A stretch of 64,000 nt of DNA. Origin: Candidatus Binatia bacterium. Its GTDB lineage: Bacteria > Desulfobacterota > Binatia > UBA9968 > JAJDTQ01. This document shows, piece by piece, positions 17,089 through 26,795 of this stretch (positions within the stretch are counted from its first letter, which is position 1; every line of letters begins with the position of its first letter). The notes under the pieces are model-generated. The model saw nothing but the letters and a program-made list of their open reading frames with translations, had not been told where the DNA came from and made no database searches. The stretch is taken from assembly GCA_963666515.2 (NCBI GenBank), contig OY762897.2, forward strand, positions 3,808,001 to 3,872,000, given 5' to 3'. The position numbers and the translations under genes were made by a program.

Positions 17089-18024
17089 ATGATGGGCAGA
17101 AACGTTTTGCCGGTACTGCTGTTTTCCTGCGCGATGGCCGGATCCGCGGCGGCCAGCGCCGCGGATCGGGTCGTGGCCACGTTCAAGCCGGTGCACTCGC
17201 TGGTGAGCGCCGTGATGGCCGGGGTGGGCGAGCCTCACCTGATCATGCGCGGCGCGGCCTCGCCGCACACCTACCGCATGCGCCCGTCCGACGCCCGGGT
17301 GATCGGTAAAGCCCGCGTCATCTTCATGATCGGCGAGGCCGTCGAGAATACGCTGGCCGGACCCATCCGCAAGCTCGGCGGAAAAGCCCGCGTGGTGGAG
17401 TTGGGAAAGGTGCCGGGGCTGGTCCGCATGCCGCTCCGCAAGGGCGGCGGGTTCGAGGACGAAGACCACGGCCACGGACATGATCACGGGCACGAAGACG
17501 ACGCCTTCGACATGCACGTCTGGCTCGACCCGGTGAATGCCGGGTTGATGGCGCTGGTCATCGCCCGCAACCTTGGCGAGGTCGATCCGGCCAATGCCGC
17601 GAAGTACCAGGCCAACGCCGACGCCGTGATCGCCGGACTGGACGAGTTGACCGCGAAGCTCGACGCGGAACTGGCCCCGGTGCGGGACAAGCCCTTCATC
17701 GTGTTCCACGACGCCTACCAGTACTTCGAGAAGCGCTTCGGCCTCAGGGCCGTGGGTTCTGCGGTGGTCAGCACGGGCCGGTCGCCCGGCGTCCGCCGCG
17801 TCAGGGAACTGCGCAAGAAGGTGCGCGACCTGGGTGTCGTCTGCGTACTCGCCGAGCCCCGCTACGACCCGCGCTTCGTCAAGCTCATTACCGAAGGCAC
17901 CAAGGCGCGCGGCGGCACCGTCGATCCCGCGGGCACGGCCATCAAGCCCGGACCCGGGATGTACGTCAGCCTGTTGCGCAACATGGCCAAATCGTTCAGG
18001 GAGTGCCTGGCGCCAGCCGGTTAG
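17089..18024 (+). CDS. znuA: Second zinc ABC transporter substrate-binding protein
   Basis: VVATFKPVHSLV, GAASPHTY, short His loop, DMHVWLDP, VFHDAYQYFE; divergent from znuCB. Confidence 0.9.
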   Translation: MMGRNVLPVLLFSCAMAGSAAASAADRVVATFKPVHSLVSAVMAGVGEPHLIMRGAASPHTYRMRPSDARVIGKARVIFMIGEAVENTLAGPIRKLGGKARVVELGKVPGLVRMPLRKGGGFEDEDHGHGHDHGHEDDAFDMHVWLDPVNAGLMALVIARNLGEVDPANAAKYQANADAVIAGLDELTAKLDAELAPVRDKPFIVFHDAYQYFEKRFGLRAVGSAVVSTGRSPGVRRVRELRKKVRDLGVVCVLAEPRYDPRFVKLITEGTKARGGTVDPAGTAIKPGPGMYVSLLRNMAKSFRECLAPAG

Positions 18025-18034
18025 CCCCGCAGCC

Positions 18035-18132
18035 GTCATTCCGGCGAAAGCCGGAATCCAGACGGGGTGAGGCGAGGCAGCACGCCCGTTTGCCCCTCCC
18101 CACCCCTGGATTCCGGCTTTCGCCGGAATGAC
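18035..18132. repeat. REP-like palindrome family B, inverted doublet
   Basis: GTCATTCCGGCGAAAGCCGGAATCCA ... TGGATTCCGGCTTTCGCCGGAATGAC between convergent genes. Confidence 0.9.
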
Positions 18133-18133
18133 G

Positions 18134-19597
18134 TTATCCGGCACTTCCGCGTGAAAGGTTCAGTGCGAACCCCTTGTTGCGCACCTGTATGTGCGCATAG
18201 TCCGCTCGCTGCGTGAACCCCTCCACCAGCCGCGTCACCGGCTCCATCTCGAAGGGATAGTCCCGGGGCGGGCCGGCCGCCCGCATGGCGTCGATCTCCT
18301 CCCGCGTCAGGAAGTACCGCAGCAGCAGCTCCTCGTCCGACACCCCCGCGCCGCCGTACCTGGCGCGCAGCTCCTGGATCGTGGGCTCCGGCGGCTCCCA
18401 CTCGGCCAGCTCCCTGGCGCGCGGGCACCCGAGGATGCGGTCCTTCACGTCCGGGTCCATGGAGTCGCTGCCCTCCCGGCCCCAGCGGCCCAGGGCGTAG
18501 AGGATCACCTGGTCGGTGACCTCCTTGTAGCGTTCTCCCACGATGATGTTGATGGCCGCCTGGCTGCCCACGAACTGGGAAAGGGGCGTCACCATGATGG
18601 GGTAGCCCAGCTCCTCGCGCACCCGCACCACCTCCTCCAGCGCCCGTTCCATGTGGCCGCCCAGGCCCACCCGCGCGAGCTGGTGGCGCAGGTTGGAGAT
18701 CATGCCCCCCGGCACCTGGTGCAGGTACTGGCTGTAGTCGTACTCCACCGGCGCGCCGATGGGGAATCCCTCGCGCCGCGCGACGTCGTAGAAGTAGTCG
18801 GACACCGGCCGCAGCACCTCCTCGTCCACCGCGGTCTCGTAGCCCAGGCTGCGGGCGTTGGCCGCGACGTTGAACAGCGACGGGTTGGACGAGCCGTTGG
18901 CCAGCGGCGGCAGCGCGGTGTTGATGATGCGTATCCCCTGCCGGATGGCCTCCAGCGCGCACAGCGGCCCCAGGCCCGTGGTGCAGTGGGTGTGGAACTC
19001 CAGCGGGATGCCGCCGGTGTTCTCCTGGATGAGCGGCACCAGCGCGCGGGTGCGGTCCGGCGTCAGCAGCCCGCCGGGGTCCTTGAAGCAGATGCGCGCC
19101 ACCGGCAGCTTTGCCGCCTCGCGGGCGCGCTCCGCGAAGTACGCGTCGGTGTGCTTGGGCGAAACCGAGTAGATGATGTTGAGGATGGGCTCCAGGCCCG
19201 CATCGGTGGCGATGCGCAGCGTCTTGCGCCACCCCGCGGGATCGTTCCACTCGTCGGAGATGCGCCCCTGGCGTACGCCGTTGGCCGCCATCCGCTCCAG
19301 GAAGATGCGCTGGATCGTCTCCGGCGTCAGCTCGAACCCGTTGCGCCCCCCGATGATGACCCGCAACGGCGTTTCCCGGATGCGCCCGGCCACCAGCCGT
19401 ATCCGCTCCCAGGGATCCTCGTGCAGCTCCCGCACGCACTTCTTGATGTGCGAGCTGGACATCAGCTCCATGCCCCTGAAGCCCGCCCGGTCCATGCGCT
19501 CCCCCACCGCCAGCATCATCCCCGTGCGCATGGACTCCGCCCAAAGGCTCTGGTGCCCGTCCCGCAACGTGGTGTCGACGAATTCTATGGGTTCCAT
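18134..19597 (-). CDS. Pyruvate carboxylase subunit B / oxaloacetate decarboxylase alpha-like carboxyltransferase, no biotinyl domain
   Basis: DTTLRDGHQSL, CFKDPGG, EFHTH, HQVPGGMISNL, LGYPIMVTPLSQFVG; no EAMKM motif. Confidence 0.85.
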   Translation of the reverse strand: MEPIEFVDTTLRDGHQSLWAESMRTGMMLAVGERMDRAGFRGMELMSSSHIKKCVRELHEDPWERIRLVAGRIRETPLRVIIGGRNGFELTPETIQRIFLERMAANGVRQGRISDEWNDPAGWRKTLRIATDAGLEPILNIIYSVSPKHTDAYFAERAREAAKLPVARICFKDPGGLLTPDRTRALVPLIQENTGGIPLEFHTHCTTGLGPLCALEAIRQGIRIINTALPPLANGSSNPSLFNVAANARSLGYETAVDEEVLRPVSDYFYDVARREGFPIGAPVEYDYSQYLHQVPGGMISNLRHQLARVGLGGHMERALEEVVRVREELGYPIMVTPLSQFVGSQAAINIIVGERYKEVTDQVILYALGRWGREGSDSMDPDVKDRILGCPRARELAEWEPPEPTIQELRARYGGAGVSDEELLLRYFLTREEIDAMRAAGPPRDYPFEMEPVTRLVEGFTQRADYAHIQVRNKGFALNLSRGSAG

Positions 19598-19669
19598 GGG
19601 AATTCCTTTCTCACTCCGTACCGAACGTCTCTGTCACTACCATGAAACAGCCTTGCCGCGCCCGCATCC

Positions 19670-19739
19670 GTCATTCCGGCGAAAGCCGGAATCCAGGGGG
19701 TGGGAAGGGGGTCTGGATTCCGGCTTTCGCCGGAATGAC
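19670..19739. repeat. REP-like palindrome family B, inverted doublet
   Basis: Same 26-mer in inverted orientation around an 18-bp spacer. Confidence 0.9.
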
Positions 19740-19790
19740 GGATGCGAAGCGGCAGCGGCATTGTGGTGCGACGCTGAGATCACAAGCGCG

Positions 19791-21242
19791 TCAACACCCG
19801 GCCGCCGCGTTGCGTCCGGCGATGCGGCCGAAGGCCAGCACCTCGGTCAGGTTGCCGGCGCCCGGGTAGTTCCGGGACCACATGGAGCCCAGTTCGCCGG
19901 CGCCGTACAGCCCCTTGATGGGATGGCCCCAGGCGTTCAGCACCTGGGCGCGGGCGTTGCGCCGCGGGCCGCCCTGGGTGTTGAACAGGCTGGGCCACAG
20001 GGCGGCGCCGTAGAATGGGGGGCGCGCCAGTGGCTTCAGCGTGTCGGGGGAGCGGCCGAGGGCTTCGTCGTGGCGCTCGGCGCAGGCTCGGTTGTACGCG
20101 TCCACGGTCCGTTCCAGCGCGGCGGGGTCGAGGCCGAGCTCGACCGCCAGGGCCGCCGGGGTGGCGCCCGCCTTGATCCAGCCCTTGGCTACCTCCGCGG
20201 CGTTGTCGTCGCTCCACTGATAATGTTTGGCCACGGCGCCCCGGCCGGTGTTGGCCACCGGCCCGGCCGCGCGAGTGGCCTCGTCGAAGACCACGAAGCA
20301 GGGGACGCGCGGGCGCTCCATGGTCTCCAGGTCCAGCTCCGTTACCAGCGAGCCCACGGCGTGGGCGTCCATGGCGGTCTCGTCCACGAAGCGGCGCGCG
20401 TGACGGTCCACGTAGATGAACCCCGGACCGGGCATGGCGTGGATGATCGCACAGTCCAACCCGTTCACGCGGTAGCCGAAGCCCGCGGCCACGGCGTTCA
20501 TGTGCCACAGGGCGGCGCCCGCGTCCGCGGCCATGCGGATGCCGTCGCCGGTGTGGCCGGACGCGCCCAGCGACCAGAACCGCTGCCCCAGGAACTGGAG
20601 CTGCATGTCGGGGTCCCATTCGTAGCCGCCACAGGCGAGGACCACCGCCTTGCGGGCGTGGATGGCGATTTCCTCGCCGCCCCGGCGCGCCGTGAGCCCG
20701 GTGACCGCGCCGTCGCGCAGCAGCCGCACGGCCGGGCACTCGAACAGCACCGGGATGCAGCGCTCGTCCACGTTCCGGTCCAGCAGCTCCCACAGGTCGC
20801 CGCCGTTTGCGGTGGTCTCGCCCTTGACCCGGAGCCTCGGACCGACGCCGTCCGCGCCGGGCTGTTCCGGCGAAGCGGCGCCGGTGGGATAGACGGGATA
20901 GCTCGCGGGCGCGGCCTGGATCGGGTCCATCACCACCTCCCCGCCGATGGAGCGGAGCCACGGCTCGTTTCCGTGGCTCTCGCGCACCAGCGTCTCGATG
21001 ACCTCCGGGTCGGTGGCGCCGCCGCACAGGAAGGAGATGTGCTCCACGGCCCGTTCCACCGCCCCGAAGGTGCGCACCGAGCCGGCGGAGAGCTTCGTGT
21101 TGCCGCCGCCCGAACCCGCCTTCTCCACGATCAGCACCTTGGCGCCGAGATCGGCTGCGGTAATGGCCGCGGTGGCGCCGGCGCCGCCGTAGCCCACCAC
21201 GGCCACGTCGGTCTCGCGTGATGACGCGAAGGCCTTGCTCAT
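19791..21242 (-). CDS. FAD-dependent oxidoreductase (FAD_binding_2; fumarate reductase / ketosteroid dehydrogenase flavoprotein-like)
   Basis: DVAVVGYGGAG, GGGNTKLSAG, VVLACGGYE, NTQGG and GLYGAGE motifs; ATG 21242 overlaps nitrilase stop. Confidence 0.85.
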   Translation of the reverse strand: MSKAFASSRETDVAVVGYGGAGATAAITAADLGAKVLIVEKAGSGGGNTKLSAGSVRTFGAVERAVEHISFLCGGATDPEVIETLVRESHGNEPWLRSIGGEVVMDPIQAAPASYPVYPTGAASPEQPGADGVGPRLRVKGETTANGGDLWELLDRNVDERCIPVLFECPAVRLLRDGAVTGLTARRGGEEIAIHARKAVVLACGGYEWDPDMQLQFLGQRFWSLGASGHTGDGIRMAADAGAALWHMNAVAAGFGYRVNGLDCAIIHAMPGPGFIYVDRHARRFVDETAMDAHAVGSLVTELDLETMERPRVPCFVVFDEATRAAGPVANTGRGAVAKHYQWSDDNAAEVAKGWIKAGATPAALAVELGLDPAALERTVDAYNRACAERHDEALGRSPDTLKPLARPPFYGAALWPSLFNTQGGPRRNARAQVLNAWGHPIKGLYGAGELGSMWSRNYPGAGNLTEVLAFGRIAGRNAAAGC

Positions 21243-22288
21243 TCCGGCTTCACCAGCCGCCCCTCCTGCACCAGCCGCTCGATGATCTTGCGGGCTTCGG
21301 CGCGGGTCTCCACCGTGTCCTGCAGCTTGCGGTCGCGCCAGCCGTCGTTGGGCCAGCGCTTGGCCTTGGCGTAGACCGGGGCGTACATGTCGCTGCGCAG
21401 CTCGATGAGGAAGTTCCACACGTGGCCCGAGTCGGCCATGCGGGTGCGCTCCCAGCGCAGGTTGTCGATGTCCACCATGCCGGTGACCACGGCCTCGCCG
21501 GGAGCATTGGCCGACGCCTGCACGTGGCCCATGTAGTCGATGAGCTGGGTCATGCCGCGGTAGCCGCCGGTGGGGCGGTTGGAGCCCACGAAGGCGCCGC
21601 AGTTGACCGACAGGAAGTAGCACAGGTTTTCGTACGCGCGGGCGCGCCGGAGCACGTCCCAGGCCTCGCCTTCCGGCGCGTAGGGCTCGGCCGTGGGGTG
21701 GATCAGCAACTCGGCGCCGCGCAGCGCCAGGCAGCGGGCCATTTCCGGGAACACCACGTCGGTGCAGGTGAGGCACGCCAGCCGGCCGATCTCGGTGTCC
21801 GCCACCGGGAACATGGCGTCCTCGCCGTAGCGCTCGGTGTACTCGGAGTAGACGTCGCCGGGGCCGGTGTAGGTCGTGTTGAGGTTGTTGGGGCCGTTGT
21901 TCTTCCGGTACTTGAGGATGATCTCGCCGTCGGGGTCGATGATGAAGCTCGTGTTGAAGAGCCGCCCGGGCCAGTCGTCGTCGCGCTCGTAGAGGTTGCC
22001 GGCGATGTGGCAGCCCCGCTCCCGGGCCTTGCGGCCGATCTGTTCGGTGACGTCGCCGGGGATGGTCTCGGCCAGCGCCAGCCACTCGTCCACCGAGCGC
22101 GGCCGATACTGCCCGATGATGCCGTACTCCGAGAACACCGCCAGCTTCACGTCGCCGAGACGCAGCGCGGTCCAGTCCAGCAGCTCGAAGATGCGCCCGA
22201 GATTCTCGTCGATGATCGCGTTGCGTTCCCTGGGCTCGACGATGACGCGGGTCTGTTGCTGGATAAGGGCCACTCGATACGGTTTCAT
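21239..22288 (-). CDS. Carbon-nitrogen hydrolase (nitrilase superfamily)
   Basis: E-K-C triad contexts FSEY, KYRK, LTCTD; FPEMARCLALRGAE and RARAYEN motifs. Confidence 0.88.
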   Translation of the reverse strand: MKPYRVALIQQQTRVIVEPRERNAIIDENLGRIFELLDWTALRLGDVKLAVFSEYGIIGQYRPRSVDEWLALAETIPGDVTEQIGRKARERGCHIAGNLYERDDDWPGRLFNTSFIIDPDGEIILKYRKNNGPNNLNTTYTGPGDVYSEYTERYGEDAMFPVADTEIGRLACLTCTDVVFPEMARCLALRGAELLIHPTAEPYAPEGEAWDVLRRARAYENLCYFLSVNCGAFVGSNRPTGGYRGMTQLIDYMGHVQASANAPGEAVVTGMVDIDNLRWERTRMADSGHVWNFLIELRSDMYAPVYAKAKRWPNDGWRDRKLQDTVETRAEARKIIERLVQEGRLVKPE

Positions 22289-23187
22289 GAGTCCTCCTTG
22301 CCCCGGCTCGCCAGGAACCACTCGGCCATCTCCTCGCGCTTGGGATACCACACGCCGTCGAATGTCTTCACGTAGTCCACGAACTCGCGCAGGGCGCGGA
22401 TGGCGTACGCCTGGCCCATGACGTGGGGGTGCATGCCGACGTTCATGATGCGGCCGCTGGCGGCTCCTTCCAGGTAGAGCTGGTCGAACTGCTCCCGGAA
22501 CAGCTCCAGGGCCTGGGAGGTGGTCCGTCCGCCGCGCGAGAACACCGCGAAGTCGTTGACGTCGTTGGAGTAGGGGATGCACACCAGCGGCCCGTGGCGG
22601 GTGTCGAGCAGATAGGGCTGGTCGTCGTTCAGGTAGTCCGCCTGGAACAGCAGGCCCAGCTCCTTCAGGATGTGCGGCGTCTCGTGGGTGCTCCGTAGCG
22701 AAGACGACAGCCATCCCCGTGCCGGCCGCCCCACCGCCTCGGCGTAGGCGTCCAGGGTGCGGCGGATCACCTCGCGCTCCTTGTCGGGCTGGTTCGCGTA
22801 GTACGTGAGCACGTCGTTCTGCGCGTAGTTGTGGGCCAGGATTTCCCAGCCGCGCTCGTTGGCGGCGTCGATGATGCGGCGGCGCTCGATGCCGGTGAGC
22901 GCGTTCATGGTGCAGGTGGCCGGCACCCCGGCTCGGTCGAACACGTCGATGATGCGCCACACCCCGACCCGCTGCCCGTACTCGCGCCACGTCCAGTTGG
23001 CATAGTCCGGGACGTTGCCCGGCAGCACATGCGGAATGGTCGCCGGCCCGCCAGGATAGAGCGGCTCGGCGCTGTCCCGGGTCATCTCCCAGTACTCGAT
23101 GTTGATGGTGAAGATCAGCGCCACCCGCGCGCCGTCAGGCCAGCGCAGCGGCGGCCGGTCGGGAAAGGCGACGTAGTCGTACAGCAT
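22285..23187 (-). CDS. Polysaccharide deacetylase family protein (PuuE-like)
   Basis: RPPLRWPDGARVAL, WREYGQRVGVWR, DDQPY and GMHPHVMG motifs; RBS AAGGAG. Confidence 0.85.
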   Translation of the reverse strand: MLYDYVAFPDRPPLRWPDGARVALIFTINIEYWEMTRDSAEPLYPGGPATIPHVLPGNVPDYANWTWREYGQRVGVWRIIDVFDRAGVPATCTMNALTGIERRRIIDAANERGWEILAHNYAQNDVLTYYANQPDKEREVIRRTLDAYAEAVGRPARGWLSSSLRSTHETPHILKELGLLFQADYLNDDQPYLLDTRHGPLVCIPYSNDVNDFAVFSRGGRTTSQALELFREQFDQLYLEGAASGRIMNVGMHPHVMGQAYAIRALREFVDYVKTFDGVWYPKREEMAEWFLASRGKEDS

Positions 23188-23398
23188 GGGGCTCCTTCGG
23201 CAGCCGGTCCTGCGGCCCTGCCGGTCCGCGCGAGGTTCGCCAGCCGGCTGCACCCCATTCATAGACGGACAGGCGCGGTCCTGTCGATACCTGGGCGGGT
23301 CCGCCTGCGCTACACTCGCTGAGGGGCTCTGTTGCAAACGCTGCCGGAATCGGGTGAAATTCTGAACAGGTCCAACGAAAAAACTACGGGAGATACAC

Positions 23399-23596
23399 GT
23401 GAAGTACAAAGTCGCGCTACACGAGTCGGAAGAGGGTTTCAGTGTGTGTGCCCCCGGCCTGCCGGGTTGCTGGTCGCAGGGAAAGACGGAGTCGGAGGCA
23501 CTGGCCAATATCGAGGCGGCCATTCAGGAATACTTGGGTGTGGTCGAGGACCTGTTGGAGGACGCCCAGATTCGGGAAATCGAGGTCCCGGGATAA
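23399..23596 (+). CDS. hicB: HicB-family antitoxin
   Basis: PGLPGCWSQGKTESEALANIEAAI motif; GTG start after GGGAG. Confidence 0.85.
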   Translation: MKYKVALHESEEGFSVCAPGLPGCWSQGKTESEALANIEAAIQEYLGVVEDLLEDAQIREIEVPG

Positions 23597-23599
23597 GAC

Positions 23600-23815
23600 G
23601 TGCCCAAGCTTCCCGGTGTCAACCACATGGATGCAGTGCGGGCTCTTGAGAAAGCGGGCTTTCGCATAGCCCGTCAGGGCAAGCATGTCGTCATGACGGA
23701 TGGGGTGCGTATACTGACGGTACCGAGAAACAATCCGGTCAACGCCTTCACCATGGGCGGGATCGTGAGGGATGCCGGCTTGACCATTGACGAGTTCCGC
23801 AAGCTGCTACGATGA
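23600..23815 (+). CDS. hicA: HicA-family toxin
   Basis: ALEKAGF..ARQGKHVVM, VP and GGIVRDAGLT motifs; 3 nt after hicB. Confidence 0.85.
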   Translation: MPKLPGVNHMDAVRALEKAGFRIARQGKHVVMTDGVRILTVPRNNPVNAFTMGGIVRDAGLTIDEFRKLLR

Positions 23816-23877
23816 CTCGAAAAATGGTAGCCTCATGCCCCCGATGATCCGCTACACGCGCTTCGGCGAGGCCCGGC

Positions 23878-24528
23878 TCAACCCGCCGGGCAACTCACTC
23901 CGGTGCCGCCCAGCCCGCAATATCCCCACGGGTTCTTGGCCAAGTACTGCTGGTGATAGTCCTCCGCGAAATAGAACTCGCCCGCGTCCAGGATCTCGGT
24001 GGTGATGGCGCCGTAGCCCGCCTTCGACACCTCCTCCTGATAGCGTTCGCGTGACGCCTCCGCGGCCGTCTTCTGCCCGTCGCCGTACGTGTATATCCCC
24101 GAGCGGTACTGCGTACCCACGTCGTTGCCCTGGCGCATTCCCTGGGTCGGGTCGTGGGTCTCCCAGAACACCTTGAGCAGCTCGTTGTATGTCACCACCT
24201 TGGGGTCGAACACCACCAGCACCACCTCGTTGTGCCCGGTCCTGCCCGTGCACACCTCCTCGTAGGTGGGATTTGGCGTCAGGCCACCGCCGTAGCCCAC
24301 CGCGGTAGTGTAGACGCCGTCGAGTTGCCAGAAACAACGTTCCGCCCCCCAGAAACAGCCCAGACCGAACACCGCCTTCTCCATGCCGTCGGGGTACGGC
24401 GGCTCCAGCGGATGCCCGTTCACGTGGTGCGCCGCCGGCACCGGCATCTTCTCCTGCCGGCCGGGCAGCGCGCTGGCCGCGTCCGGCATCTTCATCTTAC
24501 CCATCAAGCCGATCAAGCCCCAGAGCAT
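23878..24528 (-). CDS. msrA: Peptide-methionine (S)-S-oxide reductase
   Basis: [27 protein letters not shown] and AEDYHQQYL motifs. Confidence 0.95.
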   Translation of the reverse strand: MLWGLIGLMGKMKMPDAASALPGRQEKMPVPAAHHVNGHPLEPPYPDGMEKAVFGLGCFWGAERCFWQLDGVYTTAVGYGGGLTPNPTYEEVCTGRTGHNEVVLVVFDPKVVTYNELLKVFWETHDPTQGMRQGNDVGTQYRSGIYTYGDGQKTAAEASRERYQEEVSKAGYGAITTEILDAGEFYFAEDYHQQYLAKNPWGYCGLGGTGVSCPAG

Positions 24529-24709
24529 GACGATCTCCTTTCACGGGGAATTGCGCCTGCACCGATTCCCCGATCTCATACCATGCCACGTCCGGGCAGG
24601 GTTGCAAGCCGGGAGTTGAAATCGAATGGGTGCAGAGGGGGAGTCGCCAGGCACGGCTGTACCAAACGCCACCAAAGTTGCGTTTAGTAGCACTATATGC
24701 AATCGTACT

Positions 24710-25849
24710 ATGCAAATGGTACAACGACACCACTGGATCAAGACCATCGAGAATCTTTGGACGGCGAAGTCCGTGGTTTGGCTCGCCGGCGTCCGCAGGG
24801 CAGGCAAGACCTTTCTCTGTCAATCCTTGCCGCATGTCGAGTATCTCGACTGCGAGCTTCCGAGCACGCGCCGGGCGCTGGAGGATCCGGAGGGTTTTCT
24901 CCTGGACGTGGGGCCGCGCAGGGTGGTCCTGGACGAGGTTCACCGCCTGCCCAATCCATCCGAGCTTCTGAAGATCGCCGCGGACTACCACCCGGAAACG
25001 AAGATCATCGCCACCGGCTCATCGTCGCTGGGAGCGTCCCGCAGATTCCGTGACACCCTCACCGATCGCAAGCGGGACCTTTGGCTGACTCCCATGCTGA
25101 TGCAGGACGAGCAGGAGTTCGGTGAGCGGGGGCTCGATCACCGTTTCCAATTCGGTGGTCTTCCACCATTCTACCTGGCCGAGGCGGTGCCGGAGGACGG
25201 CTTTCAGGACTGGATCGATTCCTACTGGGCCAAGGACGTCCAGGAACTGTTCCAGGTGGGGCGTCGATGGTCCTTCATGCGGTTCGTCGAGCTGATGTTC
25301 GCCCAGAGCGGGGGGATCTTCGAAGCCACACGGTTCGCGGCCGCCTGCGAGGTCAGCCGTACGACCATCGCCAACTATCTCCAGATCCTGGAGGACACCC
25401 TGGTCATCCAGGTCATACGGCCCTACAGCACCCGGCGCGCCACCGAGATCGTGGCGGCGCCGAAGGTTTACGGCTTCGACACGGGATTCGTCTGCCTGTT
25501 CAAAGGGTGGGAGGAGTTGCGCAACGAGGACCGCGGCGCCTTGTGGGAACACTACGTGCTGAACGAGTACCTGGGCCGGCGGCAGAAACGCGACCTGAGC
25601 TATTGGCGGGACAAGCGCGGCCACGAGGTGGACTTCGTCACCGTCAGGCGCGGGAAGCTGGTCGCCATCGAGTGCAAGTGGCGCGCCGACGGTTTCGATC
25701 CGCGCAACCTGCACGCCTTCCGCAAGGCCTATCCCGACGGGGAAAACTTCGTCGTGACGTCCGATACGGAGCGCTCGTACCAGCGGCGTGACGGCGACCT
25801 CCAGTACCGGTTCGTGGGCCTTCCCGATCTGGTCCGGCGGCTGGCGTAG
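24710..25849 (+). CDS. AAA_14 + DUF4143 ATP-binding protein
   Basis: GVRRAGKT, LDEVH, ATGSS, GGLP, KVYGFDTG, YWRDKRGHEVDF and AIECK motifs; start could be 24716. Confidence 0.85.
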   Translation: MQMVQRHHWIKTIENLWTAKSVVWLAGVRRAGKTFLCQSLPHVEYLDCELPSTRRALEDPEGFLLDVGPRRVVLDEVHRLPNPSELLKIAADYHPETKIIATGSSSLGASRRFRDTLTDRKRDLWLTPMLMQDEQEFGERGLDHRFQFGGLPPFYLAEAVPEDGFQDWIDSYWAKDVQELFQVGRRWSFMRFVELMFAQSGGIFEATRFAAACEVSRTTIANYLQILEDTLVIQVIRPYSTRRATEIVAAPKVYGFDTGFVCLFKGWEELRNEDRGALWEHYVLNEYLGRRQKRDLSYWRDKRGHEVDFVTVRRGKLVAIECKWRADGFDPRNLHAFRKAYPDGENFVVTSDTERSYQRRDGDLQYRFVGLPDLVRRLA

Positions 25850-25851
25850 CC

Positions 25852-26745
25852 ATGGAAACCGGCATCGCCTACGCGCTCGCCGCCGCGCTCTGCTGGGGAA
25901 CCTCCCCTGTTCTGGTCAAGCGCGGCCTCAGGCACTCCAACATCAGCGCGGCTGTCCTGATGCAGCAGGTCGGGTCGGTCCTTGTGCTGGTGCTGATCAT
26001 CGTGCTGCCCTTCGGTGAGGTTCGGCTCCTCATGCCCTGGACCGCGGCCGCGGTGTTCGTCTCCGTGGGGCTGGTGGGCAGCTTCCTGGGCCGCACCTTC
26101 GCGCTTAAGGGCATCGACGAGGTGGGCGCCTCCAAGGCCCAGTCCATCGTCAACTCCGCGCCGCTCCTCACTGCGGTCTACGCCATCGTCCTGCTGGGGG
26201 AGACGGCGACCCCGCTCATCCTCATCGGCGTGGTCCTGATCGTGACCGGGCTGCTGCTCATCACCCGCGGGGCTACCGACGGCGAAGACCCGCAGCGGCC
26301 CGTAACCCTCAGGGCATTCCTCAACCCGCTGCTGGCCATCGTGTTCTTCGGTTTCGGCCCGATCCTCAAGAAGGTGGCGATCCTGTCCGGCGGCACGCCC
26401 ATACCGGGGTCGCTCATCACCCACGTCACCGGCCTGGCGCTCATCCTGTCGTTCGGCCGGCTGCTGCGCATCGACTGGCGGGAAGGCATCCGGCTCACCG
26501 GGGACAGCTACTTCTTCCTTCTCCTGTCCGGTTTCTTCCAGGGGGTGGGGTCGGTGTTCACCTACCTCGCGGTGGCCCATGCCCCGGCCATCATCGTCGC
26601 CCCCATCTGGAACGTGCAGCCGCTGATCACCTTCTCGCTGGCGCGGCTGCTCCTGCAAGGCGACGAGGCCGTCACCCTCAAGGACGGCCTGGCCGCGGTG
26701 CTGGTCGTGGCGGGCGTCTTCTTTCTGTTCCAGTCGCGGGGGTAG
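25852..26745 (+). CDS. DMT/EamA-family transporter
   Basis: Two EamA-like halves, about 10 TM segments. Confidence 0.82.
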   Translation: METGIAYALAAALCWGTSPVLVKRGLRHSNISAAVLMQQVGSVLVLVLIIVLPFGEVRLLMPWTAAAVFVSVGLVGSFLGRTFALKGIDEVGASKAQSIVNSAPLLTAVYAIVLLGETATPLILIGVVLIVTGLLLITRGATDGEDPQRPVTLRAFLNPLLAIVFFGFGPILKKVAILSGGTPIPGSLITHVTGLALILSFGRLLRIDWREGIRLTGDSYFFLLLSGFFQGVGSVFTYLAVAHAPAIIVAPIWNVQPLITFSLARLLLQGDEAVTLKDGLAAVLVVAGVFFLFQSRG

Positions 26746-26795
26746 GTGAGCAGCCGCATCAGCACGGTGGTGTCAATCGCGTAGCGACGGATCAT
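26746..26795 (-). pseudogene. Truncated PIN/VapC toxin remnant
   Basis: MIRRYAIDTTVLMRLLT resembles a PIN N-terminus, overlaps the AbrB stop, then runs straight into the antisense strand of the EamA gene. Confidence 0.6.
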
